Positions 1 to 11,136 of a stretch of 64,000 bases of DNA are shown one piece after another. How positions within the stretch are numbered: position 1 is the first letter of the stretch; every line of letters starts with the position of its first letter. The notes beneath the pieces are model-generated. The model did no database searches and was not told the DNA's origin. It saw only the letters and a list, made by a program, of their open reading frames with translations. A program made the translations under genes and the position numbers. Origin of the DNA: Bacillales bacterium UBA5455 (lineage in GTDB: Bacteria > Bacillota_I > Bacilli_A > RFN20 > CAG-826). The stretch covers positions 77,222 through 141,221 of the forward strand of contig DIQT01000015.1 of the NCBI GenBank assembly GCA_002427365.1. Direction: 5' to 3'.

Positions 1-817
1 TAACCTCGATCCGCGGTTTAATATTAAGCGGGGCCTAGGAAAAGTTAATGGTAGTGTCCTTTTTAGTGCAACACTATCACCGACTGATTACTTTGTTGAT
101 TTATTAGGCGGGAAAAAAGAATCGCCGTTATTACGCCTTCCTAATCCCTTTCCTGAAGAAAATCGGCTTGTCATGGTCGCCCAAAACATCGAAACAACAT
201 ATCGAAAACGCGATTCATCCTACGAAGAAATTGCAAAATATATCGAAGCATTTGTCAAAGTAAAAACCGGTAACTATTTAATCTTTTTCCCAAGTTATAA
301 ATACTTAGAATCCGTATTAATGTATTTAGAAGATAGCGCAAGCAAAGAACAATATACTTTACTTATTCAAGAAAAAGCGATGTCCACATTTGAAAGAAAT
401 GAATTTTTAGCGAATTTTGAAGCAAATCCTAAAAAAACGATTGTTGGTCTAGCGGTGTTAGGCGGAGTATTTGCGGAAGGAATTGATTTACCCGATGACC
501 GGCTTATCGGCGCAGTCATTGTCGGAGTGGGGTTACCCATGGTGAACTATGAACGCGATTTAATTAAAGAATATTATCAAAATCAAGAATTAAATGGCTT
601 TAATTATGCGTATACAAATCCTGGACTTAACCGCGTCGCCCAAGCGCTGGGCCGCGTTATTCGTTCGGAAACGGATAAAGGCGCAATTTTATTAATTGAT
701 ACGCGTTATGGTCGCCAGCCATATCGAAATTTTGTTCGTAGTTTACATTCAAATTATCAAGTCGTTAGTGATCCAACCGAAGTAAGTGCGCGTCTAAGTG
801 CCTTTTGGTATAGTTAA
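1..817 (+). CDS. DinG-family (Rad3-like) ATP-dependent DNA helicase, C-terminal part; 5' end lies outside the window
   Basis: The reading frame is open from nt 2 with no upstream stop; the ORF track starts only at an internal Met (173). The SATLSP motif and the C-terminal QALGRVIRSETDKGAILLIDTRY (helicase motif VI) are typical of the DinG/Rad3 helicase C-terminal domain. Confidence 0.7.
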   Translation, partial: NLDPRFNIKRGLGKVNGSVLFSATLSPTDYFVDLLGGKKESPLLRLPNPFPEENRLVMVAQNIETTYRKRDSSYEEIAKYIEAFVKVKTGNYLIFFPSYKYLESVLMYLEDSASKEQYTLLIQEKAMSTFERNEFLANFEANPKKTIVGLAVLGGVFAEGIDLPDDRLIGAVIVGVGLPMVNYERDLIKEYYQNQELNGFNYAYTNPGLNRVAQALGRVIRSETDKGAILLIDTRYGRQPYRNFVRSLHSNYQVVSDPTEVSARLSAFWYS

Positions 818-838
818 TAAGTAAAAAAAGTATTTTTT

Positions 839-847
839 TGGTATAAT
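839..847 (+). promoter_or_regulatory. extended -10 promoter element (TGgTATAAT) upstream of lepA
   Basis: TGgTATAAT lies 32 nt upstream of the lepA ATG, followed by the AAGGAGG RBS at 866-872. There is no clear -35 box. Confidence 0.4.
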
Positions 848-878
848 TATTGCGAATAATATTTAAAGGAGGTCCGCT

Positions 879-2693
879 ATGGAAATAAAACGGGAAAACA
901 TTCGGAACTTTTCAATTATTGCCCATATTGATCATGGGAAATCGACCCTCGCGGACCGCTTAATTGAGTTAACGGGTACCGTCGAAAAACGGGAAATGAA
1001 AAGTCAACTATTAGACAATATGGATTTAGAACGAGAACGAGGCATTACGATTAAACTAAATGCCGTTTCGTTACTTTATAAAGCCCAGGATGGTGAAGAA
1101 TATTTATTAAATATGATTGATACACCTGGTCACGTCGACTTTACATATGAAGTATCACGCTCACTTGCCGCTTGTGAAGGGGCAATTTTAGTTGTTGATG
1201 CCGCTCAAGGCGTCGAAGCACAAACACTTGCCAACGTTTATTTAGCGATTGATAACGATTTAACAATCTTACCGGTCATTAATAAAATTGACTTGCCAAG
1301 TGCGGATCCAGACCGCGTCATGCTGGAAATTGAAGAAAAAATTGGCATTTCGACTGATCATTCCGTCACAATTAGTGCGAAGACCGGTCTAAATGTTGAA
1401 GAAGTGCTAGAAATGATTGTTCGTGATATCCCTGCGCCCCTAGGAAGTAAAGAAGATCCTCTTAGGGCATTAGTGTTTGATAGCTATTATGACCCATACC
1501 GCGGCGTTGTAATTTTAGTACGAATTAAAGAAGGCCAAGTTAAAGTTGGTGATGAAATTCGCCTTATGGCAAGTGGCAAACAATATCTTGTGACGGAACT
1601 AGGCTATCGCTCGCCAAATGAAATTAAACAAGCAAAATTATCCGCAGGGGAAGTTGGCTATATTTGTGCGCAAATTAAGGATATTCATGATATTCATACA
1701 GGTGATACGGTCACCATTGCTTCGCGCCCCGCGGACATTCCATTACCTGGCTACCGTAAAATTGTTCCAATGGTTTATAGTGGCTTATATCCAGTTGAAT
1801 CAAAAGACTATGCGGAATTAAAAGATGCACTTGAAAAGTTATCGCTTAATGATGCATCGCTTGTTTATGAACCAGAAACATCAACCGCTCTTGGTTTTGG
1901 CTTTCGGTGCGGCTTTTTAGGCTTATTACATATGGATATTATTCAAGAACGGTTAGAACGTGAATATAATTTAAACTTAATTTTAACCGCTCCAACGGTC
2001 ACTTATAAAGTTAAAATGGCGAATGGAACGTTTATTAGTATTGATAACCCCTCGAAACTTCCAAAACCGCAAGAATACTTAGAAATTCATGAACCATATG
2101 TACTTGCGAGTATTATGACGCCACCTGAATATATTGGTCCAATTATGGAATTATGTGAAGATAAACGGGGGACGTATTTAGATTTAGAATATTTTGATGA
2201 TACGCGAAACATCATCGTTTATGAAATGCCCTTATCAGAAATTATTTATAACTTTTTTGATAAGTTAAAAAGTGTCTCGCGCGGTTATGCAACATTCGAT
2301 TATCATTTTACCGAATATAAAGCTTCAAATCTCGTAAAAATGGATATTATGCTTAACGGGGAAGTGGTCGATGCGTTATCGAGTATTGTTTATCGCCCGG
2401 CGGCGTATTATCGCGGCAATAATCTTGTCCGGCGACTTAAAGATATTATTCCTCGCCAATTATTCCAAATTCCGGTCCAAGCCGCGGTAAATACAAAAGT
2501 TATCGCACGCGCCGATGTTAAAGCGTTACGAAAAGACGTTACGGCCCGGTGTTATGGTGGCGACGTCTCGCGGAAGAAGAAACTCTTAGAAAAGCAAAAA
2601 GCTGGGAAAAAACGCATGAAATCGGTCGGAAGTGTGGAAATTCCTCAAGAAGCATTCATGTCGATTCTTTCAATTGATGACGATGAAAAATAA
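879..2693 (+). CDS. lepA: Elongation factor 4 (LepA), translational GTPase
   Basis: 604 aa. The N-terminus [19 protein letters not shown] and DTPGHVDF carry the G1/G3 motifs. The LepA-specific C-terminal domain is present and a strong RBS is found upstream. Confidence 0.95.
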   Translation: MEIKRENIRNFSIIAHIDHGKSTLADRLIELTGTVEKREMKSQLLDNMDLERERGITIKLNAVSLLYKAQDGEEYLLNMIDTPGHVDFTYEVSRSLAACEGAILVVDAAQGVEAQTLANVYLAIDNDLTILPVINKIDLPSADPDRVMLEIEEKIGISTDHSVTISAKTGLNVEEVLEMIVRDIPAPLGSKEDPLRALVFDSYYDPYRGVVILVRIKEGQVKVGDEIRLMASGKQYLVTELGYRSPNEIKQAKLSAGEVGYICAQIKDIHDIHTGDTVTIASRPADIPLPGYRKIVPMVYSGLYPVESKDYAELKDALEKLSLNDASLVYEPETSTALGFGFRCGFLGLLHMDIIQERLEREYNLNLILTAPTVTYKVKMANGTFISIDNPSKLPKPQEYLEIHEPYVLASIMTPPEYIGPIMELCEDKRGTYLDLEYFDDTRNIIVYEMPLSEIIYNFFDKLKSVSRGYATFDYHFTEYKASNLVKMDIMLNGEVVDALSSIVYRPAAYYRGNNLVRRLKDIIPRQLFQIPVQAAVNTKVIARADVKALRKDVTARCYGGDVSRKKKLLEKQKAGKKRMKSVGSVEIPQEAFMSILSIDDDEK

Positions 2694-2777
2694 AATAGGT
2701 AGTTAATTAGTATATTTTTAGTTTTTATATTTATTTAAACCGTTAACTTTGTTATGATAAAGACGAGGTATTTAACA

Positions 2778-4340
2778 ATGGCAAATTTTGAACATAGCGG
2801 CATTGAAGTCCACTTTACTGATAATCATTACGCAACAAAACAAGAAGTCCAAAAGAAACTTCAAATTAGTAATGCGGATTCTTTTTGGAATCGAATTTTA
2901 GAGTATCGGAGTAAATTTACGCAAGAACTTTCGCTTGTCATGTTAACCCGTGAAAAATTAAAAATTTGTATTACCCCAAAAATTGCTGACCGGATTAATC
3001 AAGTGAGTTTAGGTTTAACGAAAGCCGCAAAACGGTTTATGAAACTCGATAATAAAACGCGGACCGATGAAATGGTGCGCGACCGGCAAGCGGAAAAGAT
3101 TTTAAAAGTTGTTGCGGATCGTTATAACGTCAATGTTGAAGATGGTTTTATTAATAATGTTATTCGTGATAATGTTTCAACTATTTTTAGTGAAAAGCTT
3201 GTCTTAGTCAACTATTATAACGTAATAAAAGAACTTAAAAACGCTAGTGTACATGCGCTTGATGAAGATTATTTAGGTGAACTTTATAAAATAATTAATG
3301 GTTATGGTGAATTAACCGAATTTTATCGGCTTGAAGAAATTAGCGATCCACGCCAAAGCGCTCAAGTTGGGCATGTTTATATTCATGCCCCCGCTAATCG
3401 GATTGAAGATATGGTTTTAAGTTTATTTAATTTCATTGAAATAAGCGACCAAGCCTTATTTGTTAAATTAACCGCGATTTATTTCTTCTTTGGTTACATT
3501 AAACCGTTTATGTACTTTAGTGAAGAACTTGCGATTGCGGTTGTTAAAGCGTATTTAGCGCATGAAGATTTTGAAGATATCGCACCTTATTTAAATATTG
3601 AAGTATTATTAAGCCGCGATAATGAAGGGTTAGAATACGCAATTTATAATGTTAAGAAGACCAACGACTTAACATATTTGCTGGATTATTTACTCGGTGA
3701 ATTTGAAGAAATTCTTGCGGACTTCATGGATACGATGGTTAAAGCGGAAAAAGACATTTTAGTTGATGAATACTATCGTCTTGAACCCGTAACGGAACCG
3801 GTTTATCCTTCGATTGAACCCTCACTTCCACCAAAACTAACAGAAGAAGAAATTGTTCCTATGGAAGAAGCGCCAGTAGTGGTGACACCCGTTATAGAAG
3901 TCACGGAACCAGCTCCTACACCAACGCCAGTTGTAACACCGCTTCCGGAAGTTAAAGAAGAAGTTCCGCTTACTCCAAAAGAAACACCAGAACCGCTTCA
4001 AGTCAAAAAAGTTGATGAAGTATTAACGCCAGAAAGTGGTATAGTTACCTCATCGCACATTGCGATTATGAATGTTCCAGTTGGCTTAAGTGAAGAAGAT
4101 GCGGAACGCTTAAGTGACCATTTATTAGAATTAAACCCCACCTTAAAACCGGGTGAAGCTTATTTCTATGCGCGGCATTGTACACTTGGTAAGTATTATA
4201 CAATCCGCCAATATAAAGAAACGATGGGTGTGGCGTATGAAACCGCTCGGACCTCAATGGATCATTTAGCTGAAGAAGGCTATTACCGCAAGGAACAATA
4301 TAAAAATAAATTTATTTATACGCCCGTTGCGCGGCGCTAG
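2778..4340 (+). CDS. Fic-fold domain protein with a degenerate active-site motif, a Pro/Thr-rich linker and a C-terminal winged-helix-like domain
   Basis: Residues LFVKLTAIYFFFGYIKPFMYFSEELAIAVVKAYL align to the Fic core (A..H..F..IHPFxDGNGRxxRLL) but the catalytic HPFx[DE]GNGR is replaced by KPFMYFSEEL. Residues about 330-410 are a PT/PE-rich low-complexity linker. The C-terminus (YTIRQYKETMGVAYETARTSMDHLAEEGYY) looks like a wHTH. A start at 2778 (RBS GACGAGG) is preferred over the ORF-track start at 2754. Confidence 0.5.
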   Translation: MANFEHSGIEVHFTDNHYATKQEVQKKLQISNADSFWNRILEYRSKFTQELSLVMLTREKLKICITPKIADRINQVSLGLTKAAKRFMKLDNKTRTDEMVRDRQAEKILKVVADRYNVNVEDGFINNVIRDNVSTIFSEKLVLVNYYNVIKELKNASVHALDEDYLGELYKIINGYGELTEFYRLEEISDPRQSAQVGHVYIHAPANRIEDMVLSLFNFIEISDQALFVKLTAIYFFFGYIKPFMYFSEELAIAVVKAYLAHEDFEDIAPYLNIEVLLSRDNEGLEYAIYNVKKTNDLTYLLDYLLGEFEEILADFMDTMVKAEKDILVDEYYRLEPVTEPVYPSIEPSLPPKLTEEEIVPMEEAPVVVTPVIEVTEPAPTPTPVVTPLPEVKEEVPLTPKETPEPLQVKKVDEVLTPESGIVTSSHIAIMNVPVGLSEEDAERLSDHLLELNPTLKPGEAYFYARHCTLGKYYTIRQYKETMGVAYETARTSMDHLAEEGYYRKEQYKNKFIYTPVARR

Positions 4341-4352
4341 AAGGAAATGGAT

Positions 4353-4628
4353 ATGTTAAAAACGTTAATTGGTTGGGATTCTCCCTTTGTCATTCTAATA
4401 TTATTACTCGCCTTTTTTGGTGTTCTTGCCCTTATTGTCTGGGCAATTCGGAAATTTGTTCCAGGCGTTGATCCTGACCGTAAAGAAAAAATCGATCCGG
4501 ATGTTGCGCTTGAAGAAGAGCTTGACCGCGTGTTAGTCCCATTTGATGAAAACAAACATGGCGCTACAACACCTAGTGAACCACCTGTTGAAGAAAGCGA
4601 TGAACATAACGAACATACCGAACAATAA
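4353..4628 (+). CDS. small single-pass membrane protein (N-terminal TM helix, acidic C-terminal tail)
   Basis: AAGGAAA RBS lies 7 nt before the ATG at 4353. One hydrophobic helix (FVILILLLAFFGVLALIVWAI) is followed by a D/E-rich tail. It starts 13 nt after the stop of the Fic-like gene. Confidence 0.5.
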   Translation: MLKTLIGWDSPFVILILLLAFFGVLALIVWAIRKFVPGVDPDRKEKIDPDVALEEELDRVLVPFDENKHGATTPSEPPVEESDEHNEHTEQ

Positions 4629-5724
4629 ACGACCAGAAGCGTTATACATTCACACACCTTTTTGTGAACATATTTGCTATTATTGTGACTATACCCGCAT
4701 TCTTTTAAGTGGGCAAAATGTTGATTTATATTTAACCGCGTTAGAAAACGAACTAACGAGTTATCAAGTTGGTAATGTTTCGACAATTTATATTGGTGGA
4801 GGAACCCCCTCTGCGTTAGATGAAGTCGCTTTTAAGCGACTTTTTCAAATGGTGGACCCGTATCGGAAAGGTGTTAAAGAATTCACCGTTGAAGTAAATG
4901 TTGAAAATTTAACCGAAAATAAACTTTTAATTATGAAAAATCATGGGGTCAATCGGCTATCCATTGGTGTCCAATCACTTCATGATGAAACATTAAAAAA
5001 AGCGGGCCGTTATCATACAGCAGGTGAAGCGATTAAAATGATTAATCTTGCGAAATCGCTTGGCTTTAATAACATTTCGGTTGATTTAATTTATGGCTTA
5101 CCAAATCAAACGCTAGAAGAACTTAGTGAAGATATCGACTTATATTTAGCGCTTGATTTGCCCCATATTGCCACTTATGCCTTAAGTGTTGCGCCTCATA
5201 CGATGTTTAAAAATCTTTTAGTTGAAGAAGTAAGTGATGAAATGTCGCGGATGATGTTTGATTTAATTTTAAATAAATTACGCGCGCATGGGTATCGACG
5301 TTATGAGGTTTCAACGTTTGCGAAACAAGGCTATGAATGTCAACATAATTTAACGTATTGGAATGATGAAGAATATTATGGAATTGGACTTGGCGCGGGT
5401 GGGTATGTTAACGGGGTTCGGTATTTAAATACGAAAAATTTATCTTCATATAATAAAGGAAACTATCGTTTAGAAGTAGATGAAGTAAATCCAGCGTCAC
5501 GGATCGAATATTTTTTATTAACCAACTTACGAAAAGCCGATGGTTTTTCGCTTCTTAAATTTAAAGAAGTTACAAATTTAGACTTTAGTGAATTATTCGC
5601 TAAACCGTTAGTTAATTTAGTTAAATATGGCCTAATTGAAATTAGTAATGACCGCGTATTTTGCAGTGATGAAGGCTTAATGAAGCTTGATTATGTCCTT
5701 TTTTCCTTAATTAAAGATTTATAA
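4600..5724 (+). CDS. hemW: Radical SAM heme chaperone HemW (HemN-like, oxygen-independent coproporphyrinogen-III oxidase family)
   Basis: The radical SAM CxxxCxxC motif (CEHICYYCDY) follows LYIHTPFC, as in HemW/YqeR. The position after lepA matches the Bacillus lepA-hemN-hrcA arrangement. The start could instead be at 4543/4546. Confidence 0.85.
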   Translation: MNITNIPNNKRPEALYIHTPFCEHICYYCDYTRILLSGQNVDLYLTALENELTSYQVGNVSTIYIGGGTPSALDEVAFKRLFQMVDPYRKGVKEFTVEVNVENLTENKLLIMKNHGVNRLSIGVQSLHDETLKKAGRYHTAGEAIKMINLAKSLGFNNISVDLIYGLPNQTLEELSEDIDLYLALDLPHIATYALSVAPHTMFKNLLVEEVSDEMSRMMFDLILNKLRAHGYRRYEVSTFAKQGYECQHNLTYWNDEEYYGIGLGAGGYVNGVRYLNTKNLSSYNKGNYRLEVDEVNPASRIEYFLLTNLRKADGFSLLKFKEVTNLDFSELFAKPLVNLVKYGLIEISNDRVFCSDEGLMKLDYVLFSLIKDL

Positions 5725-5750
5725 ACAAAGAAAAAATGTAGTTATCATCG

Positions 5751-5777
5751 CACTTTTATTATAAAAGTGTTTTTTTT
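5751..5777 (+). terminator. rho-independent terminator after hemW
   Basis: CACTTTTA-tta-TAAAAGTG hairpin followed by a T7 run. Confidence 0.6.
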
Positions 5778-5787
5778 GTTAACTTTT

Positions 5788-5814
5788 TTAGCACTTAGGG
5801 CTTGACAGTGCCAA
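5788..5814 (+). promoter_or_regulatory. second, weaker CIRCE-like inverted repeat overlapping the hrcA -35 box
   Basis: TTAGCACTT-N9-CAGTGCCAA compared with the consensus TTAGCACTC-N9-GAGTGCTAA (2-3 mismatches). Confidence 0.4.
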
Positions 5815-5829
5815 AATAACTATTATAAT
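5802..5829 (+). promoter_or_regulatory. sigma-A-type promoter of the hrcA-grpE-dnaK-dnaJ operon
   Basis: TTGACA (5802-5807), a 16-nt spacer and TATAAT (5824-5829), immediately upstream of CIRCE. Confidence 0.6.
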
Positions 5830-5833
5830 AATA

Positions 5834-5860
5834 CTAGCACTCGAAGAAGAAGAGTGCCAA
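5834..5860 (+). promoter_or_regulatory. CIRCE operator (HrcA binding site)
   Basis: CTAGCACTC-gaagaagaa-GAGTGCCAA is a near-perfect match to TTAGCACTC-N9-GAGTGCTAA, placed between the -10 box and the hrcA RBS. Confidence 0.85.
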
Positions 5861-5872
5861 AGAGGTTAAGAA

Positions 5873-6892
5873 ATGAAGCTATCACGTCACGAACAAATCT
5901 TGAAATATGTTGTTGAACATTTCATTCAAACGGCGGAACCAGTTGGTTCACAAACGCTTATTGATGAATATCAACTTCCTTTTTCATCAGCGACAATTCG
6001 CGCGGAACTTAACGCCCTTGAACATGCGGGTTACTTAGAAAAAACGCATGCCTCAAGCGGAAGAATTCCTTCTTCAAAAGGATATCGTTATTACGTTGAT
6101 AACTTACGCGGTCATGATGTGAATGATTACGTTAAAAACGAACTCCAAGCGGTGTTCGCGGATAAAACCGCCTCAATCGAGGAAGTTGTAACGGCAGCTT
6201 GTGACATATTAGCGCATATGACAAACCTTGCAAGCATCGTCTTAGGCCCAAGTGCGGAGGAAGAACGATTAATTTCAATTCAAATTGTTCCATTATCCGC
6301 GACCGTCGCGACCGCGATCTTTATTACTGACCAAGGCTATGTCGAAAATAAAACATTCATTATGCCTAGTGGCGCGAATGTTGAAGAAGTTCAACGGGTT
6401 GTCCAATTAATGAATGAACGGTTAGCGGGCACACCAATCTCGCAAGTTGATGAAAAAATGGAAAGTATGCGGCCGTTATTTAATGATTATATTTATGAAC
6501 ACACCGTAATTTTCCAAGCACTCACCGAAGCATTTATACGGTTTGCGGAAGATCGGCTTGCCTTATATGGAAGAAGTTCACTATATGCGCACCGCCCAAC
6601 AAATCGACATGCGGAAAAGTTATCGCGCGTCTTAGATATCCTTGATGATCGAGCGCTACTTGAACAGCTATTAACTGAATCGGATGAAAGCGTACGCGCC
6701 TTTATCGGAACAGGCGAAGAAGATGAAGATGCCTCAATCGTCACAACGAAGTTAGAAATTCCTGGCCGAATTCCTGGAACGATTGCGATTATTGGCCCAA
6801 CGCGGATGGATTATTCCAACGTCATGTCAACACTTGAATATGTTGTTGATGAGTTAGAAAAACATTTCCGCCGGTTAGCGAATATTAAATAA
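5873..6892 (+). CDS. hrcA: Heat-inducible transcription repressor HrcA
   Basis: 339 aa. The N-terminal wHTH (ILKYVVEHFIQTAEPVGSQTL) and the position directly downstream of CIRCE and upstream of grpE support the call. Confidence 0.93.
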   Translation: MKLSRHEQILKYVVEHFIQTAEPVGSQTLIDEYQLPFSSATIRAELNALEHAGYLEKTHASSGRIPSSKGYRYYVDNLRGHDVNDYVKNELQAVFADKTASIEEVVTAACDILAHMTNLASIVLGPSAEEERLISIQIVPLSATVATAIFITDQGYVENKTFIMPSGANVEEVQRVVQLMNERLAGTPISQVDEKMESMRPLFNDYIYEHTVIFQALTEAFIRFAEDRLALYGRSSLYAHRPTNRHAEKLSRVLDILDDRALLEQLLTESDESVRAFIGTGEEDEDASIVTTKLEIPGRIPGTIAIIGPTRMDYSNVMSTLEYVVDELEKHFRRLANIK

Positions 6893-6909
6893 AGAAAGAA
6901 GGTAGAGTA

Positions 6910-9391
<2,482 letters not shown>

Positions 9392-9415
9392 TAAGGTAAA
9401 ATAGACGATATTAAC

Positions 9416-9437
9416 GGGCTGGGACTTTTCCTAGCCC
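9416..9437 (+). terminator. stable hairpin between dnaK and dnaJ (partial terminator or attenuator)
   Basis: GGGCTGGGA-CTTT-TCCTAGCCC forms a 9-bp stem with one G-U pair and is followed by TTAATTTAT. Confidence 0.5.
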
Positions 9438-9467
9438 TTAATTTATCAATAGAAGAAGGTGAAATAC

Positions 9468-10577
9468 ATGGCTGAAAAACGCGATTATTATGATGTTCTT
9501 GGTGTAAGCAAAACCGCGACTGACGATGAAATTAAAAAAGCTTATCGTCAATTAGCAAAAAAGTATCACCCGGATGTAAATAAAGATCATGATGCCGAAG
9601 AAAAATTTAAAGAAGTTCAAGAAGCATATGATGTTTTAAAAGACCCTCAAAAACGGGCAACATATGACCAATTTGGTCACGCTGCCTTTGACGCCCCTGG
9701 TGGCCAACAAAGTGGCTTTAGTGGATTTGGTGGCTTTGACTTCGATGATATTTTTGGTTCGTTTTTTGGTGGCGGCAGCCGACAACAAGCTCGTCCCGGC
9801 GGACCAATTCGCGGTCAAGATAGTTTAACAAGAATAAAAATCAATTTTATGGATGCGATTAACGGTCGTGAAGTTGATTTAAAAGTGACGTTTGATGAAC
9901 AATGTAGTCACTGTCATGGTAGTGGCGCGGAATCACCTAATGATGTCGTGACATGTCCAACATGTAATGGTGCTGGTAGTGTCCTTCAACAACAACAAAC
10001 GCTTTTTGGCACAATGCAATCGCAAGTTACATGTCCAGAATGTCGGGGAAGTGGGAAAATCGTTAAAGAAAATTGTCATGCTTGTAGTGGAAAAGGATAT
10101 AACCGGGTTAAATCCGATCTTAAAATTAAAGTTCCCGCGGGCATTAATAACGGCCAACAAATTCGTGTCGCAGGTAAAGGAAAACGCGGTGAAAATGGTG
10201 GTGAAAACGGTGATTTATACATCGAAATCCAAATCGCACCGCATGAATACTTTACGCGTGATGGTAATGATATTCATATCACAATTCCGCTTGATTTCGT
10301 TGATGTCGCCTTAGGCACGGATATCGAAGTCCCAACCGTTTATGATACAGTGACGATGAAAGTACCCGCAGGCACGCAACCAAATACGGTCCTTCGCTTA
10401 AAAGGTAAAGGGGTTAAGGCGATGCGGGGTAACACAGTCGGTGACCAATTTGTTAAAATTGAAGTTGAAACACCAACGAACTTAACAAAGAAACAAAAAG
10501 AAGTTCTTGAAACATTTAAAGAACAAACAAAAAAGCAATCAAGCTTTAAAAAGTTCCGCGAAAAATTCAAAAAATAA
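9468..10577 (+). CDS. dnaJ: Chaperone DnaJ
   Basis: The J-domain (DYYDVLGV...HPD), a G/F-rich region and four CxxCxGxG zinc-finger repeats are present. The start at 9468 follows the AAGGTGA RBS. Confidence 0.95.
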   Translation: MAEKRDYYDVLGVSKTATDDEIKKAYRQLAKKYHPDVNKDHDAEEKFKEVQEAYDVLKDPQKRATYDQFGHAAFDAPGGQQSGFSGFGGFDFDDIFGSFFGGGSRQQARPGGPIRGQDSLTRIKINFMDAINGREVDLKVTFDEQCSHCHGSGAESPNDVVTCPTCNGAGSVLQQQQTLFGTMQSQVTCPECRGSGKIVKENCHACSGKGYNRVKSDLKIKVPAGINNGQQIRVAGKGKRGENGGENGDLYIEIQIAPHEYFTRDGNDIHITIPLDFVDVALGTDIEVPTVYDTVTMKVPAGTQPNTVLRLKGKGVKAMRGNTVGDQFVKIEVETPTNLTKKQKEVLETFKEQTKKQSSFKKFREKFKK

Positions 10578-10582
10578 AGGAA

Positions 10583-10607
10583 GTGCGACATATGTCGCAT
10601 TTTTTTA
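10583..10607 (+). terminator. rho-independent terminator after dnaJ
   Basis: GTGCGACAtatGTCGCAT palindrome followed by a T7 run. Confidence 0.7.
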
Positions 10608-10626
10608 TAAATATAAGCAATACTTT

Positions 10627-10655
10627 ATGACAAACATAGTGGCACTTGCTATAAT
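10627..10655 (+). promoter_or_regulatory. sigma-A-type promoter
   Basis: ATGACA, a 17-nt spacer and TATAAT preceded by TGc (extended -10). Confidence 0.5.
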
Positions 10656-10685
10656 AATTTTGCATGAACAAAAGGTGGTAATAAA

Positions 10686-11126
10686 GTGGCAAAGTGTAGA
10701 AATTGTGGAACACAAGTTGAACCAAATGAAAAATATTGTCCGGTGTGCGGAATTGCTTCACCGGTGAGAATAAAAAAACAACAAACCGTCGATTTAACAA
10801 CGATGATTGATCCGGTCGCGGCCGATTATGAATTATATGACGCTAAATCACGAAAAGTTGCCTTTTTGTATTTTCTCACGCTAGGCTTTACCGGCGCAGG
10901 CTTTTTCTATTTACGGAAAGTTGGTCGTGGGGTTGTCTGGGTTATTGTTAATGTTCTTTCGATTACATTATTAACCGTTCTAGGGGCGAGTAAACAAATC
11001 GGCATTCCTTGGTGGGGATTATTTTTAATTGTTTTTGGCTTATTCTTTTTAATTAATTTAGGGTTAGGTTTATATTATTTATTCGCTCCAGATGTTAAAG
11101 ATGGCGTCGGCGAATTTTTAGAATAG
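10686..11126 (+). CDS. zinc-ribbon plus TM2-domain membrane protein (GTG start)
   Basis: The N-terminus CRNCG...CPVCG is a zinc ribbon. The C-terminal half has two TM helices with a TM2-domain-like pattern. AAGGTGG RBS lies 7 nt upstream of the GTG. Confidence 0.55.
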   Translation: MAKCRNCGTQVEPNEKYCPVCGIASPVRIKKQQTVDLTTMIDPVAADYELYDAKSRKVAFLYFLTLGFTGAGFFYLRKVGRGVVWVIVNVLSITLLTVLGASKQIGIPWWGLFLIVFGLFFLINLGLGLYYLFAPDVKDGVGEFLE

Positions 11127-11136
11127 GAAACTTATT

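Noticed and set aside
1618-1821. 67-aa plus-strand ORF inside lepA (alternate frame)
   Set aside because: It is embedded in the highly conserved LepA coding sequence, with no RBS and no recognizable motif. The same reasoning applies to 6493..6744, 6811..7023, 7169..7375, 7549..7818, 8332..8637, 9144..9362, 9636..10314, 10340..10800, 11913..12214, 15291..15473, 15860..16102, 18772..19338, 20096..20305, 21935..22697, 22887..23144, 23243..23995, 25786..25977, 26984..27747, 28297..28842, 29038..29310, 31339..31662, 32527..32745, 32857..33075, 34085..35060, 39824..40015, 40245..40427, 41990..42247, 43385..44078, 44497..44977, 45573..46119, 47763..47975, 47972..48987, 50024..50218, 52868..54223, 55655..55861, 58498..59611, 60473..60700 and 62344..62565. 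All lie inside or antisense to strongly supported genes.
4337-4786. 149-aa minus-strand ORF overlapping the small TM gene and hemW start
   Set aside because: It is antisense to two well-supported genes, has low-complexity Ser/Cys-rich translation and no RBS. It is typical of a spurious antisense ORF in AT-rich DNA.
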